Counted from the first letter of the stretch, positions 1 through 9,197 are shown. The stretch is 16,526 nucleotides of DNA from an uncultured Oligoflexus sp. (GCA_964236955.1 CAXSGP010000100.1:1-16526); one strand, 5' to 3'. Translations and numbers: made by a program. Notes: generated by a model not told the origin, from the letters alone.

Positions 1-10
1 CTGCGTTACT

Positions 11-50
11 GGGGATGTTCGACGTTGGCGTAGCCAAACGTCAACAGCCC
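11..50. other. Extended imperfect stem-loop at window edge
   Basis: GGGG-a-TGTT-c-GACGTT-GGC-gta-GCC-a-AACGTC-AACA-g-CCCC gives about 17 bp of pairing with small bulges. There is no clear U-tract and the function is unknown. Confidence 0.4.
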
Positions 51-303
51 CTAGGAATAATTCTTTCGTCCGCGATTTTTAAACTCACCTCTCATTTTTC
101 ATTCGTAAAAATCTCACATATGATCTTTAAATCATGCATGAATAAGCTCATGATTTCAAATGCGTGCAAGGGTATTCCTGTAATTGTTCAAGCTTTCCTC
201 AAGAATACTCAAAATTCCCCCGAATATTGAATTACTAGCTGCCAGCTATTCTGGTGGTGCTTCGATGCACGTAGGGAAACAGGTATTTTTTTAAGGAGCT
301 TTT

Positions 304-1296
304 GTGAAACATATATCAATTCTTACTCTTTCGCTTAGTCTCGCCGCTTGCGGCACATCGTCGAAAGGATCGGGTGATTCTGATGCTACTCCTGCGCAGG
401 GAGTGGCGGCACCTGAAGCGGCTCAGGGCGACAACTCAGGTTCGTCTCCGACCGACCCCACGCGTCAGCAGCTGAGGATTCCTATCAGTCTGACCTCGGA
501 GCAACTGAATCTAGCGGCAACGGCCAGTGCTTTTTCGATAAATTTGACGGGCTGCGCGTCGGGTCAGACGGGAACAGCGACGGAATCGGCTGCCTCATTC
601 AAAGTCTATAAAGGCGATACTTCCTGCCTCGCGAAGATGACGAGCCTGACTGTCAATGGTAAAGCCTACAACAGCACCAACCCTTCGGCAGTACCCTTCT
701 CCAGTTTTGCCGCGAATTCAAGCGCGATTTTCACCGATAGCACAGGTGCCAACAAAATCAATGTTACGGTCTCCAATCAGTTGTCGAGCCCGGTTGTCAC
801 TGCCGATGTCATTCGCTATACCTTCTCCATCATTCAGGTCGGTGACGCAAAGTCAGTGACGAACGATGCGCTGGGTGAAGGCCATTCGGTTGCCGTGGAA
901 GGCGATCTCCTGCCTAACTTCAAGATCGACAAGATCTTCTTTCAAGGTCTTAATGCCAATGGCGGTGGACGCTTTATTTTCCAAACGGAATGCCTGGATG
1001 CTATCGTCACCGGAGCAGCTCCAAAATGCTCGAACCTGGCGTTTACCGACACCTCATATGTCCTGGTCAAGGATACTTTCAATGGTGCTCCAACCGCACC
1101 CCAGCTTGCCGGCCTTTTTCCTGGGACATCGGTATTGGCCAACCAGGTCGTCAGCAATACAACGAACAACTTGGGTGGTTTCGCGACAGCCGTCCTTGAC
1201 GGTCCCAACCAGTTGGCTTTGAATCCCAAAATGATCCTGGTCCTGAAAAATGGCAATTCGTTCCAGTATTTCCTGATCACTACCGAATCACTTTAA
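304..1296 (+). CDS. Hypothetical lipoprotein (330 aa), Ser/Thr/Ala-rich, with a two-Cys domain shared with the downstream adhesin
   Basis: GTG start after RBS AAGGAG. Lipobox LAAC (Cys16), then a low-complexity linker and beta-rich sequence with two Cys pairs (GCASG/GDTSCLA and TECL/PKCS). Confidence 0.85.
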   Translation: MKHISILTLSLSLAACGTSSKGSGDSDATPAQGVAAPEAAQGDNSGSSPTDPTRQQLRIPISLTSEQLNLAATASAFSINLTGCASGQTGTATESAASFKVYKGDTSCLAKMTSLTVNGKAYNSTNPSAVPFSSFAANSSAIFTDSTGANKINVTVSNQLSSPVVTADVIRYTFSIIQVGDAKSVTNDALGEGHSVAVEGDLLPNFKIDKIFFQGLNANGGGRFIFQTECLDAIVTGAAPKCSNLAFTDTSYVLVKDTFNGAPTAPQLAGLFPGTSVLANQVVSNTTNNLGGFATAVLDGPNQLALNPKMILVLKNGNSFQYFLITTESL

Positions 1297-1317
1297 TCAT
1301 TGAAGGAGGGTTTCCCC

Positions 1318-4300
1318 TTGAAAGGCTTCGCAACCCCAACTATTTTTCTCGTCCTGCTGCTGGTTTTTGCCGGCTGCAGAGAGGAAATTTCAAGCGAACC
1401 CGACGTTGAAGAAACTCCCTTGATAAGTGATTCAAACCTGATATGGGTTTCAGCAGTCATGGATCATGCTGGAGCCACCTCAAATTCGGCGCTTGGACTT
1501 ACTGCAAACACGATAGATTCCGCTCAACTCGTCGTCGATGGCTGCCTGTCAGGCTTTCATTATGATGGGAGCCTCCAGGGAATCAAGCTCTTCAGAGGCG
1601 ATAGCAATTGCCTTGCCTACCTGTCACGGTTTCGTTTGAATGGAATCGACTTCTTTGCCCCAGCTAATCCTGTGGCGGGAGCCGGTTCCACCCAAATCTA
1701 TTTCAATGGCGGCCATACAATAAGCGTATTGGTCAGCACAATCACCCAACTGTCATCGCCAATTGTCTCCAATGATCAGATCAATTTTAGGGTTGGGTAT
1801 ATGACGAAGGGTCTCTCTTCGGTCTTCACCCTCACCACAGTCGCGTTGACCGCCGATGCTCAGATCGTCGTCGAAGGACCCAGCTCAACTATCAATTTCA
1901 CCCTCACCCGAGACCAGGCTCTCGAACCTTTGACGGTAGGCGTGGATTTCACGGGCGATGCCTTGAACCGTTTGAAAGGAGCGGCCATCCCTGTCCAGGT
2001 TGATTTCAATATCGGCCAGAAAGTTAAGGTTTTAAGCTGGACCGTCCCTTCCAATGATCTCGGTGAAGACGATCAGACTCTCGATGTTGAACTGAGTCCT
2101 GGATCCTATCTCACCGCACTCAATAGCCATGCCGAAGTTGAGATCCAGGACGATGCGCCGCGCCTAACGCTTGGGACCCAGTATCAGTCCAACCAGGCGA
2201 TCGACCTCAACCTCGCAGTGAGCGCCGAAGCCAACACATTAATCTGGGAAACTCTTTCCGGCCCTCAAGCCCTTACGTTCTCTCAAAGCCTTGGCAAAAC
2301 CTTTGTCTCGGCCACTATCGAAGGCGTCTATGATTTCAAATTGACCGCGACCGGAGTCAACGGCAAGATCGCAAGCGCCAGCTCTCGGGTCACCTTCGAC
2401 TTGAATCCGCCGGTTATTGACCCATTGCAGCTCGCTGACTTTCTCGCCGATGGCTGGTTGAGTATCGAAGATTCCCAAAGGCATTTGCCTTTGATTGAAG
2501 CCGTCGTTGCCAGCGATAGAAGTCCAATGACTTTGGGCTACACGCTGATCCAGTCCCAGGTTGATTGCGATAAAAAATTATTATTCGGCAGTGTTATCCC
2601 TAGTGCGGATGATCCCTCGCTGGTCGCCAACCTCAGTTATAAATTATGCGTCAGGGCGCTCGACAGTTTTGGCTGGGCAAGCTTTGCAAGCTCAGCTCCC
2701 TTCTCTTACCAGACCTTTGTCCCCACCGCGGTCTTAAGCAATCTTCCTGCCGCGAACTCAGCGCTGGTCAACGTTTCCATCAACGTCGGGGGAGTAGGGG
2801 TCGTCGCCTATCGCTATGCGCTGATACCCGGCACTGACAGCTGCACGCCATCAGCCAATTACGGCGACGAGTCGACTGCATCCCAGATCTCTTTGAATAT
2901 GACAGGACGTGATAGCCAAAGCGTGAAAATCTGCGTCGTTGCTAAGTCGCAAAGCGGCAATTGGCAAGCCTTTGCCGATGCGACAAATTACAAATGGTAT
3001 GTTGATCTCTTTGCACCCGCGCCGGTCACACAGCTCAATCTCATTGCCCTTTCGGAACGGGTCAGGATCAACTACGATGTGGCGACGGCCGAAGTTCTGA
3101 AATATCTGATCGTGAGGTCCGAGGATCCCCAAGCTGATTTTAGTCCGGTCGATGGTCAGACTTACAATGTAGGGACTCAAAAAGGGGGGATGGTCGTTAT
3201 TTATTCAGGGCTGAAATCCGAAATATTCGACAGCCGCATCGGTTCCACCAACCCAGCGTACTATGCAATCTACGTATTCGACGATACCCTGAATTATTCG
3301 AGCCCTGTTAGCGGCAGCGTTAGCTCGCCAGGACCTGTGCCTTTCAACGTGGCCCAAGGCTTCGATCGCAGCCTTCGCGGTGGTGTGAAAAAACAACGTT
3401 TGGGAAATAGCGGCGGCTTTTATGCCTTTGGCGACTTCCTACAGTACGGCAACAATCCGGCCGTGACCGGCATCGCTCGCTTCGACAGCACGGGCAAACT
3501 GGATCCAAACTTTGTAACCGGCATCATCAACGGCAGCGTTTACGCAATCACCGAAGACAGCAGTGGCCGCATCTATATCGGCGGCACATTTACTAAGGTC
3601 GGGGCGGTAAGCACCCTTCGCGTCGCAAGGCTACTCTCCAATGGAAGCCTGGATACAAGTTTTATAAGCACGGCCGGTCCAAACTCGACCGTCTATGCCC
3701 TTGAATTGGACGAGCAGGTGGCAGGCCAGGAAAGGCTTTACATGGCGGGCGCGTTCACAGCCTATGGAACCCGAACCGTAGGACGCTTTGCAGCGGTGAA
3801 CCTCGCGGGGACCCTGGACGCGAATTACGCCACCGCCATAGGCAGCGGATTTAACAATACCATCTATACCATGAGATCCGTACCAAACGCCCTGACCCTT
3901 CTCGTCGGTGGTTCATTCACCAGCTTCAATGCCAAAACCGGCAATGGATTCAATCGTCTGTCGCGAATAACCCGAGCCTCCCATAATTCCCCGGGCACGC
4001 AGGACACTAGCTTTGCGATAGCCGCTGGACCAAATAGTAACGTCTACACGCTGGAGTTTGATGCCAGCGGCAATTCGTATGTCGGAGGAGCCTTTACAAC
4101 GGTGAATGGCTCGAGTAGCTATAAATACCTCATGCGCCTCAGTCCCCTGGGGGCTGTGGACACGACTTACGCCGTTACGAAAAAATTCAATGGCGCCGTC
4201 TGGGCTCTGGCTTTGGACAGCAGCGCCAACGCCTTGTACGCTGCCGGTGACTTCACCCTTTATGGAACGGCAGCAAGTAACCGACTTGCAAAACTTGCCC

Positions 4301-5568
4301 TCGATGCCTCAGGCACTCTCGATAACAACCTGGCCACAGGTATTGGCAGTGGCTTCAATGCTGTCGTCTACGGCATCGCTTTGTTGCCATCGGGCCTTGT
4401 CGTAGGGGGATCCTTTAACAGCTTCGCGGGCCAAAACCTGGCCTTTATGGTCAGACTCTCCCTGAGCAACTACCAGGCTCAAAGCCCTCTCGCGGCAGGA
4501 TCAATGTTCAATGCCCAGACCAACTTCGCGGCTTTCGGAAAGAATGAAAACGAAATCTATATAGGCGGTACCTTTACCCAATATCGCGGGAAACTCGTCA
4601 ACCGCCTCGTGCGGGTCGATGGATCGGGAGTTATGGACAATGCTTATGCACCCGTCTTAAACGGCAACGTGAACACTATGCTCTACAGCGCCAGTGACTC
4701 CAGTCTGGTGATTGCAGGAACATTCTCCACCGTCGGAGCCGCGACTCAAAAACGAATCACCCGCCTTCTCAGCAACGGGACCGTCGATCCAGCTTTTGTC
4801 GGCGGAGTGAAAGCCTTTGATTCCGATGTCTATGCCCTTGCCCAGGGTCTCAATGGTAAAATTTGGGCCGGCGGAAAATTCACGACCTATAACTCCCTCC
4901 CGCAAAACAAACTTGCCCGCCTCTTACCGAGCGGCAATCCGGATACAACCTTTACTCTAGCCGGTACCGGCATTGTGCCTACAACGGCGACTGTTAATGC
5001 TATCGTCGCCACCGCGGATGGAGGGGCGTTTATCGCCGGAACTTTTACCAGCTATAATGGAGTCAGTGCAAACCGGATCGTCAAACTTGCAGCTGATGGG
5101 AATATCGATAGCAGCTTTGTGGTGGGAACAGGGTTTAACAATACCGTGAGACATATGATTATAGTCGATAATCTTCTCTATGTTGCTGGTGATTTCACCA
5201 CTTATCAGGGCGTGACTCAAAACCGTCTGGCCCGAATCAAAATGGATGGCAAATTAGACACCACCTTCGCCCTAGGTGCTGGATTTAATAACCCAGTCTA
5301 TTACATCGGCTTTGATGCCAATTCCCGACTTTTATATCTCACGGGATCATTTACCACGGTGCAGGGTGTTAGCTCGTCGCGAATCGCGGCTTTAAGATTG
5401 ACCGGGGTCCGGGATACTGCTTTGGTCGCCCCCCTCGGATTCAACAACACCGGACTTTCGGTCCTGTCCGGAAAAAACGGCATACTCGTGACCGGGGCCT
5501 TTAATAACTTCGAGTCAAAACTTAATGATTTCGTGTCTAGAATTTCCTATTATGGATCCCAAAACTGA
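1318..5568 (+). CDS. Large surface lipoprotein/adhesin: shared N-terminal domain, Calx-beta, PKD-like, two Cys-containing Ig-like modules, FN3-like module, C-terminal delta-60 (DUF5122-type) beta-propeller repeats
   Basis: The ORF track starts at 1300, but GGAGG at 1305-1309 favours TTG 1318. Lipobox FAGC. Calx-beta pattern (VVEG...FTLTR...LTV...F..GQ...ND..EDDQTL.VEL...IQDD). PKD-like WETLSGP...EGVYDFKLTAT. Repeats of N..V......G.+Y+GG.FT..........+ARL...G.LD..F. Confidence 0.88.
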   Translation: MKGFATPTIFLVLLLVFAGCREEISSEPDVEETPLISDSNLIWVSAVMDHAGATSNSALGLTANTIDSAQLVVDGCLSGFHYDGSLQGIKLFRGDSNCLAYLSRFRLNGIDFFAPANPVAGAGSTQIYFNGGHTISVLVSTITQLSSPIVSNDQINFRVGYMTKGLSSVFTLTTVALTADAQIVVEGPSSTINFTLTRDQALEPLTVGVDFTGDALNRLKGAAIPVQVDFNIGQKVKVLSWTVPSNDLGEDDQTLDVELSPGSYLTALNSHAEVEIQDDAPRLTLGTQYQSNQAIDLNLAVSAEANTLIWETLSGPQALTFSQSLGKTFVSATIEGVYDFKLTATGVNGKIASASSRVTFDLNPPVIDPLQLADFLADGWLSIEDSQRHLPLIEAVVASDRSPMTLGYTLIQSQVDCDKKLLFGSVIPSADDPSLVANLSYKLCVRALDSFGWASFASSAPFSYQTFVPTAVLSNLPAANSALVNVSINVGGVGVVAYRYALIPGTDSCTPSANYGDESTASQISLNMTGRDSQSVKICVVAKSQSGNWQAFADATNYKWYVDLFAPAPVTQLNLIALSERVRINYDVATAEVLKYLIVRSEDPQADFSPVDGQTYNVGTQKGGMVVIYSGLKSEIFDSRIGSTNPAYYAIYVFDDTLNYSSPVSGSVSSPGPVPFNVAQGFDRSLRGGVKKQRLGNSGGFYAFGDFLQYGNNPAVTGIARFDSTGKLDPNFVTGIINGSVYAITEDSSGRIYIGGTFTKVGAVSTLRVARLLSNGSLDTSFISTAGPNSTVYALELDEQVAGQERLYMAGAFTAYGTRTVGRFAAVNLAGTLDANYATAIGSGFNNTIYTMRSVPNALTLLVGGSFTSFNAKTGNGFNRLSRITRASHNSPGTQDTSFAIAAGPNSNVYTLEFDASGNSYVGGAFTTVNGSSSYKYLMRLSPLGAVDTTYAVTKKFNGAVWALALDSSANALYAAGDFTLYGTAASNRLAKLALDASGTLDNNLATGIGSGFNAVVYGIALLPSGLVVGGSFNSFAGQNLAFMVRLSLSNYQAQSPLAAGSMFNAQTNFAAFGKNENEIYIGGTFTQYRGKLVNRLVRVDGSGVMDNAYAPVLNGNVNTMLYSASDSSLVIAGTFSTVGAATQKRITRLLSNGTVDPAFVGGVKAFDSDVYALAQGLNGKIWAGGKFTTYNSLPQNKLARLLPSGNPDTTFTLAGTGIVPTTATVNAIVATADGGAFIAGTFTSYNGVSANRIVKLAADGNIDSSFVVGTGFNNTVRHMIIVDNLLYVAGDFTTYQGVTQNRLARIKMDGKLDTTFALGAGFNNPVYYIGFDANSRLLYLTGSFTTVQGVSSSRIAALRLTGVRDTALVAPLGFNNTGLSVLSGKNGILVTGAFNNFESKLNDFVSRISYYGSQN
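3343..5565 (+). repeat. 14 degenerate ~52-aa delta-60-type protein repeats, probably two 7-bladed beta-propellers
   Basis: I counted 14 G.F(T/N/S/L) cores from AFGDFLQY to TGAFNNF. Most are followed by R+.RL...G..D..F. The repeats are visible at protein level and diverged at DNA level. Confidence 0.8.
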
Positions 5569-5574
5569 CCTGAC

Positions 5575-5593
5575 GAGGCCGAGGTCTGGCCTC
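5575..5593 (+). terminator. Possible stem-loop directly after the adhesin stop (weak terminator or mRNA stabiliser)
   Basis: GAGGCC-gaggtct-GGCCTC followed by TTCCTT, which is a poor U-tract. Confidence 0.3.
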
Positions 5594-5706
5594 TTCCTTA
5601 CCTTATGGGTCAACTCTCTCAGTTCCAATCTGCTAGTCTAGATCTTAGGCAATCATCTATGACCACGGCCTCCTCGATTCAATTTCAGGTGGCCTGAGGA
5701 TCAACA

Positions 5707-7749
5707 ATGTCATTCCCCAAGCTAAAAGATGCCAGCAAGGTCTTTGCTATCACGACGACCCTGCTCCTGCTTATCTACGGATGGTCGGTGGCACCAGCCA
5801 TAACCTTAATGGATTCCGGAGACCTTATAACCGCAGCGGCGGGACTGGGCATAGCGCATCCACCCGGCTATCCGCTTTTTTCCATCTTAGGGTTTCTCAC
5901 CGCCAAGGCCCTCTGGTTTCTCGAACCTGCCTATAGTATCAATTTATTAAATGCACTCTTTGGAGCCATGGCCTGCGGTCTGCTAACGGTCATCATTTTT
6001 AGACTAACGGCGAACAAGAAGCTGGCCGTACTAGGAGGCCTAAGCCTCGCATTCACCTCCGCTACCTGGTCCCTTTCATGCACGACTGAAGTCTATACGT
6101 TAAACCTCCTGCTCAATAACCTTCTCTGGCTCCTTGCCATCGACCTTCGAAGGTCCTTCCGTCCCCGAAAGTTCTATACTCTCTGCCTGGTTTTAGGGCT
6201 GGCTCTGGCGAATAGCTATCCATTGATTCTACTCTCTGGCTTAGGCTTGATTGGGCTCGTAAGAAGAGAGTTCTTCCGACCTCGCCATCTAATCAGGGGT
6301 TTCGGTTTTGTCCTCATAGGACTGTCTCCCTATCTTTATCTCTTTATCCAATCGCAAAGAATGGCCAATATAGACTATATCTTCTTCGATATTGCGAGTT
6401 TTGAAAAAGTGATGGCGCACATTCTGCGCTCGAACTATTCACTCCTCGATAGCAGAAGCTCAAGCCTATTTGAGAAGTGGGAGGTACTGCTCACCCTATC
6501 CCTTGCCCTGATTAAGGATTTTGCCCTATCTATCGTTTGGGTCGCCATGGGAATCCACCTTGCCTTTAAGACTAAGTTTGATCTCCGCTGGCCCTTGCTC
6601 ATTGCCTTTCTTGCCTCGTCGGTCCTTCTCTTCGTCTTGCTTGGAACCTCCCCTGATGAAATCCTCTTCGATCAATTCTACGAATATATCCTCCCTTCCC
6701 TCACCTACCTCACAATGTTTGCCGCCATCGGTCTAAAGAATTTGCTGCAAAGTAAAAAGCTGTCCGAAAACCGGCTTGCGGGGCTTTATGCCTTGACCGT
6801 GTTAACGCAAGCTGTTCACGCCTATCCTATCGCGAACAACCGAGGCAATCGAGTCGTTGAGGCTTGGGCGACGACTCTGCTCAATGCACTTCCTCCCGAC
6901 ACCCGTCTGATTCTATGCGGCGACGAATTTCCGCTCCAATATCTGCACACGGTCAAGCGTCTAAGGCCGGATACTCATCTTCTGGTTTCCTACTTTGATA
7001 GCGGCAAGCCCTTTTTATACGAGCGTGGGCCCGGGGTGGCGGAATCCATAGATAGGCATTTAGGCCTCGAGGATCTCCTCGCAACGTCCACCGTGCCCGT
7101 GCATATCACCGACTGTGCCGCTCGCTATAGCAGTCAGGGATACAGGCCTGTATTAAAAGGCCTCAGCTATCAACTGATAGGGCCTCAGACTGTCGAGTCC
7201 ATGGGTTTGGATCTCGCGCAGACATCGGTGGAAAGCATACTCGATACCCTATTACTCGCTCCAGCACCCAAAGACTTTTGGGTTGAGAGGCTACAGCGGC
7301 GATCGGCGACCTTGCTCCTCACCTATGCCAAGCATATGAGGGCCATTGGTGATATTCGGTTGAATCAACTCCTCGGCCGCTATCATCTTGATGGGAATAC
7401 TAAATTTCGAGGCTCTATCGCCGCCGCTTTTGGCTATAACGGTGATTTTCAAAGGTCTTTGGAACTCTTCAAATCGATTTCCGAGGACCAACTCAAACTC
7501 ACCGAGCCCGATGACCTCTCCGTCTACTGCCGCATGCTGATCATCCTTGGGGACCTAGAGAAAGCACAGAACTTATGCTCCGTAGTCGATTCCCTGTACA
7601 GGGGATGCAACGCCGATGCTAAATATAATCTCGGGCGCGCATTTTGGGCAGATAAAGTGAAGTCTATCAAATACCTGACGGAAGCCTCGAAATGCGATCC
7701 CTCGGTCAGGGTCATTAAAGAAAGCTTGACGAAACGGCAAGCTGAATAA
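5707..7749 (+). CDS. DUF2723 / TMEM260-like GT-C membrane glycosyltransferase (putative protein O-mannosyltransferase) with C-terminal TPR-like helices
   Basis: RBS GAGGA. Family motifs DSGDLITAAAGLGIAHPPGYPLF, EVYTLN, LSPYLYL and LPP.....GD.FPLQYL...RPD. About 10-11 hydrophobic segments. TPR-like tail (GDLEKAQ, ADAKYNLG...A.KCDP). Confidence 0.88.
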   Translation: MSFPKLKDASKVFAITTTLLLLIYGWSVAPAITLMDSGDLITAAAGLGIAHPPGYPLFSILGFLTAKALWFLEPAYSINLLNALFGAMACGLLTVIIFRLTANKKLAVLGGLSLAFTSATWSLSCTTEVYTLNLLLNNLLWLLAIDLRRSFRPRKFYTLCLVLGLALANSYPLILLSGLGLIGLVRREFFRPRHLIRGFGFVLIGLSPYLYLFIQSQRMANIDYIFFDIASFEKVMAHILRSNYSLLDSRSSSLFEKWEVLLTLSLALIKDFALSIVWVAMGIHLAFKTKFDLRWPLLIAFLASSVLLFVLLGTSPDEILFDQFYEYILPSLTYLTMFAAIGLKNLLQSKKLSENRLAGLYALTVLTQAVHAYPIANNRGNRVVEAWATTLLNALPPDTRLILCGDEFPLQYLHTVKRLRPDTHLLVSYFDSGKPFLYERGPGVAESIDRHLGLEDLLATSTVPVHITDCAARYSSQGYRPVLKGLSYQLIGPQTVESMGLDLAQTSVESILDTLLLAPAPKDFWVERLQRRSATLLLTYAKHMRAIGDIRLNQLLGRYHLDGNTKFRGSIAAAFGYNGDFQRSLELFKSISEDQLKLTEPDDLSVYCRMLIILGDLEKAQNLCSVVDSLYRGCNADAKYNLGRAFWADKVKSIKYLTEASKCDPSVRVIKESLTKRQAE

Positions 7750-7924
7750 TTCAGCCCGCCCCATGCCCCTATGCATACTCTTTAAACAAGCCGCCATGTC
7801 GGAAGAAAAATACAGATCGGACACGGGAGGGGGGTAAAGTTGGGTCGGGATGCTCCTTAGGAGATTTGGGAAAAACGCCAGGCATTCCTCAACTTTTCCC
7901 GAATAGCGGCCTCAGAACCAAATA

Positions 7925-7933
7925 TGCTATACT
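7925..7933 (+). promoter_or_regulatory. Extended -10 sigma70-type promoter for the VOC gene
   Basis: TGcTATACT ends 32 nt upstream of ATG 7966 and is followed by RBS AAAGGGA. Confidence 0.45.
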
Positions 7934-7965
7934 GAAAATTTACGATTTTGAAAGGGATTTAACCT

Positions 7966-8334
7966 ATGAAGCTTGCCTCGATCCGCATCGTTACCCGGGA
8001 CGTTCCAGCCCTTGCCCGATTCTATGAGATGCTTACCGGAGTCCATGCGGATGGGGTGGAGGACTTTGTGGAGTTTCAAGTCAATGGCAGTACGCTGGTC
8101 CTATGCAGTCAGAATTCGGTTGATATGTTCAACGCCGGGGCAGCATCGGGAGCCACGAATCGATCGGTGATTCTTGAGTTTGAGGTTGAGAATGTCGATC
8201 AGGAGCGCACACGCCTTGCCAAGACTGTTCGACATTGGGAGCAGGAGCCAACGGACCAGCCCTGGGGCAATCGATCGATGCTCTTTCGTGATCCAGACGG
8301 AAATCTCATCAATTTCTATTCACCGATTCACTGA
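7966..8334 (+). CDS. VOC family (glyoxalase/bleomycin resistance) protein
   Basis: RIVTRDV..LARFYE.LTG, ILEFEVENVD and EPTDQPWGNRSMLFRDPDGNLINF motifs; 122 aa. Confidence 0.93.
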   Translation: MKLASIRIVTRDVPALARFYEMLTGVHADGVEDFVEFQVNGSTLVLCSQNSVDMFNAGAASGATNRSVILEFEVENVDQERTRLAKTVRHWEQEPTDQPWGNRSMLFRDPDGNLINFYSPIH

Positions 8335-8660
8335 GCGGCCAAAGTTTGCTCAATATGAGTCCACGGGATCTATCCAGACAGAGCCGCTCCTCAAGGAGCG
8401 TCCGGACGTTCGGTCTGGAAAAGCGCCATGCGACCGGTCCACAGAAGGGGTTCAAAAAAAGACTTTGCCCCTGATCGATGAAAAGCATACCCGGCTTCAT
8501 AAATACGACCGCTCAGGACTTTCCGAGGAAGGCCCTTTCATCAATAATTGCGGTTTACTAAGTCCTAAAGCCCCACCCGCTGGCTACATTCCATTTATTA
8601 CTTGCCCCAAGCCTTCCGATACGAAGCTGCCGGCTTTAATACGAATGATCAGAGGTTACT

Positions 8661-9197
8661 ATGAAGAGCTTGCTTTTTGCCCTGGTTCTGATCGAGTCAG
8701 GCTGCGGCCCCGCCAAAACTTCGAATGAAAAGGCTAGTTCCGTTGCAAAAAGCACAAGCCCTATTTCTCAAGATATAGACTCTAAAAAAACCCAGTCAAC
8801 TATCGCCAAGACCGTCACCGAACCAAAAAAAACCTCGGTCCCTGAAATAAAGACTGTTCCTGCCACAGCCAATATTGGTCCTGCACAACTGCTGTGCTCG
8901 ATGCTAAAAAACCCAACAGCAAGCGAGGTGAGCAGCAAGATTGGGTGCCGCTTTGATGAGGGAGGAAAAAGAGTCCCGCTTACTGCTATCGCCCAAACCA
9001 TAAAATTCACTGCGACTGTGTCGACCGGCGTGAACTTTCAGGTTGACAGCAGCGACTCCAGCACTTGGGATGCGGTATATGATTTTTCCAGCAGCGACCT
9101 TGAGGCGACCCTTAAAAGTAAACTCACGATCATTTTCACCAATACCGTGACTGGCGAAAATCGAGCGGTTCTCTCTATGCTTCTCGGCGATTTTTGA
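8661..9197 (+). CDS. Hypothetical lipoprotein (178 aa)
   Basis: RBS AGAGG. MK start, hydrophobic core and ESGC lipobox-like site (Cys15). S/T/K-rich linker, then a ~110-aa domain with a Cys79/Cys96 pair. Confidence 0.75.
   Translation: MKSLLFALVLIESGCGPAKTSNEKASSVAKSTSPISQDIDSKKTQSTIAKTVTEPKKTSVPEIKTVPATANIGPAQLLCSMLKNPTASEVSSKIGCRFDEGGKRVPLTAIAQTIKFTATVSTGVNFQVDSSDSSTWDAVYDFSSSDLEATLKSKLTIIFTNTVTGENRAVLSMLLGDF

Noticed and set aside
15..230. 71-aa ORF at the window start
   Set aside because: It runs through an AT-rich promoter-like region and a hairpin, with no protein features.
233..243. 11-mer TACTAGCTGCC also present at 16053-16063, upstream of both fibre-type genes
   Set aside because: An 11-mer match is expected by chance in a window this size, and the flanks do not align.
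8174..8728. 184-aa + strand ORF bridging the VOC and lipoprotein genes
   Set aside because: It overlaps two better-supported genes in another frame and has no motifs or RBS.
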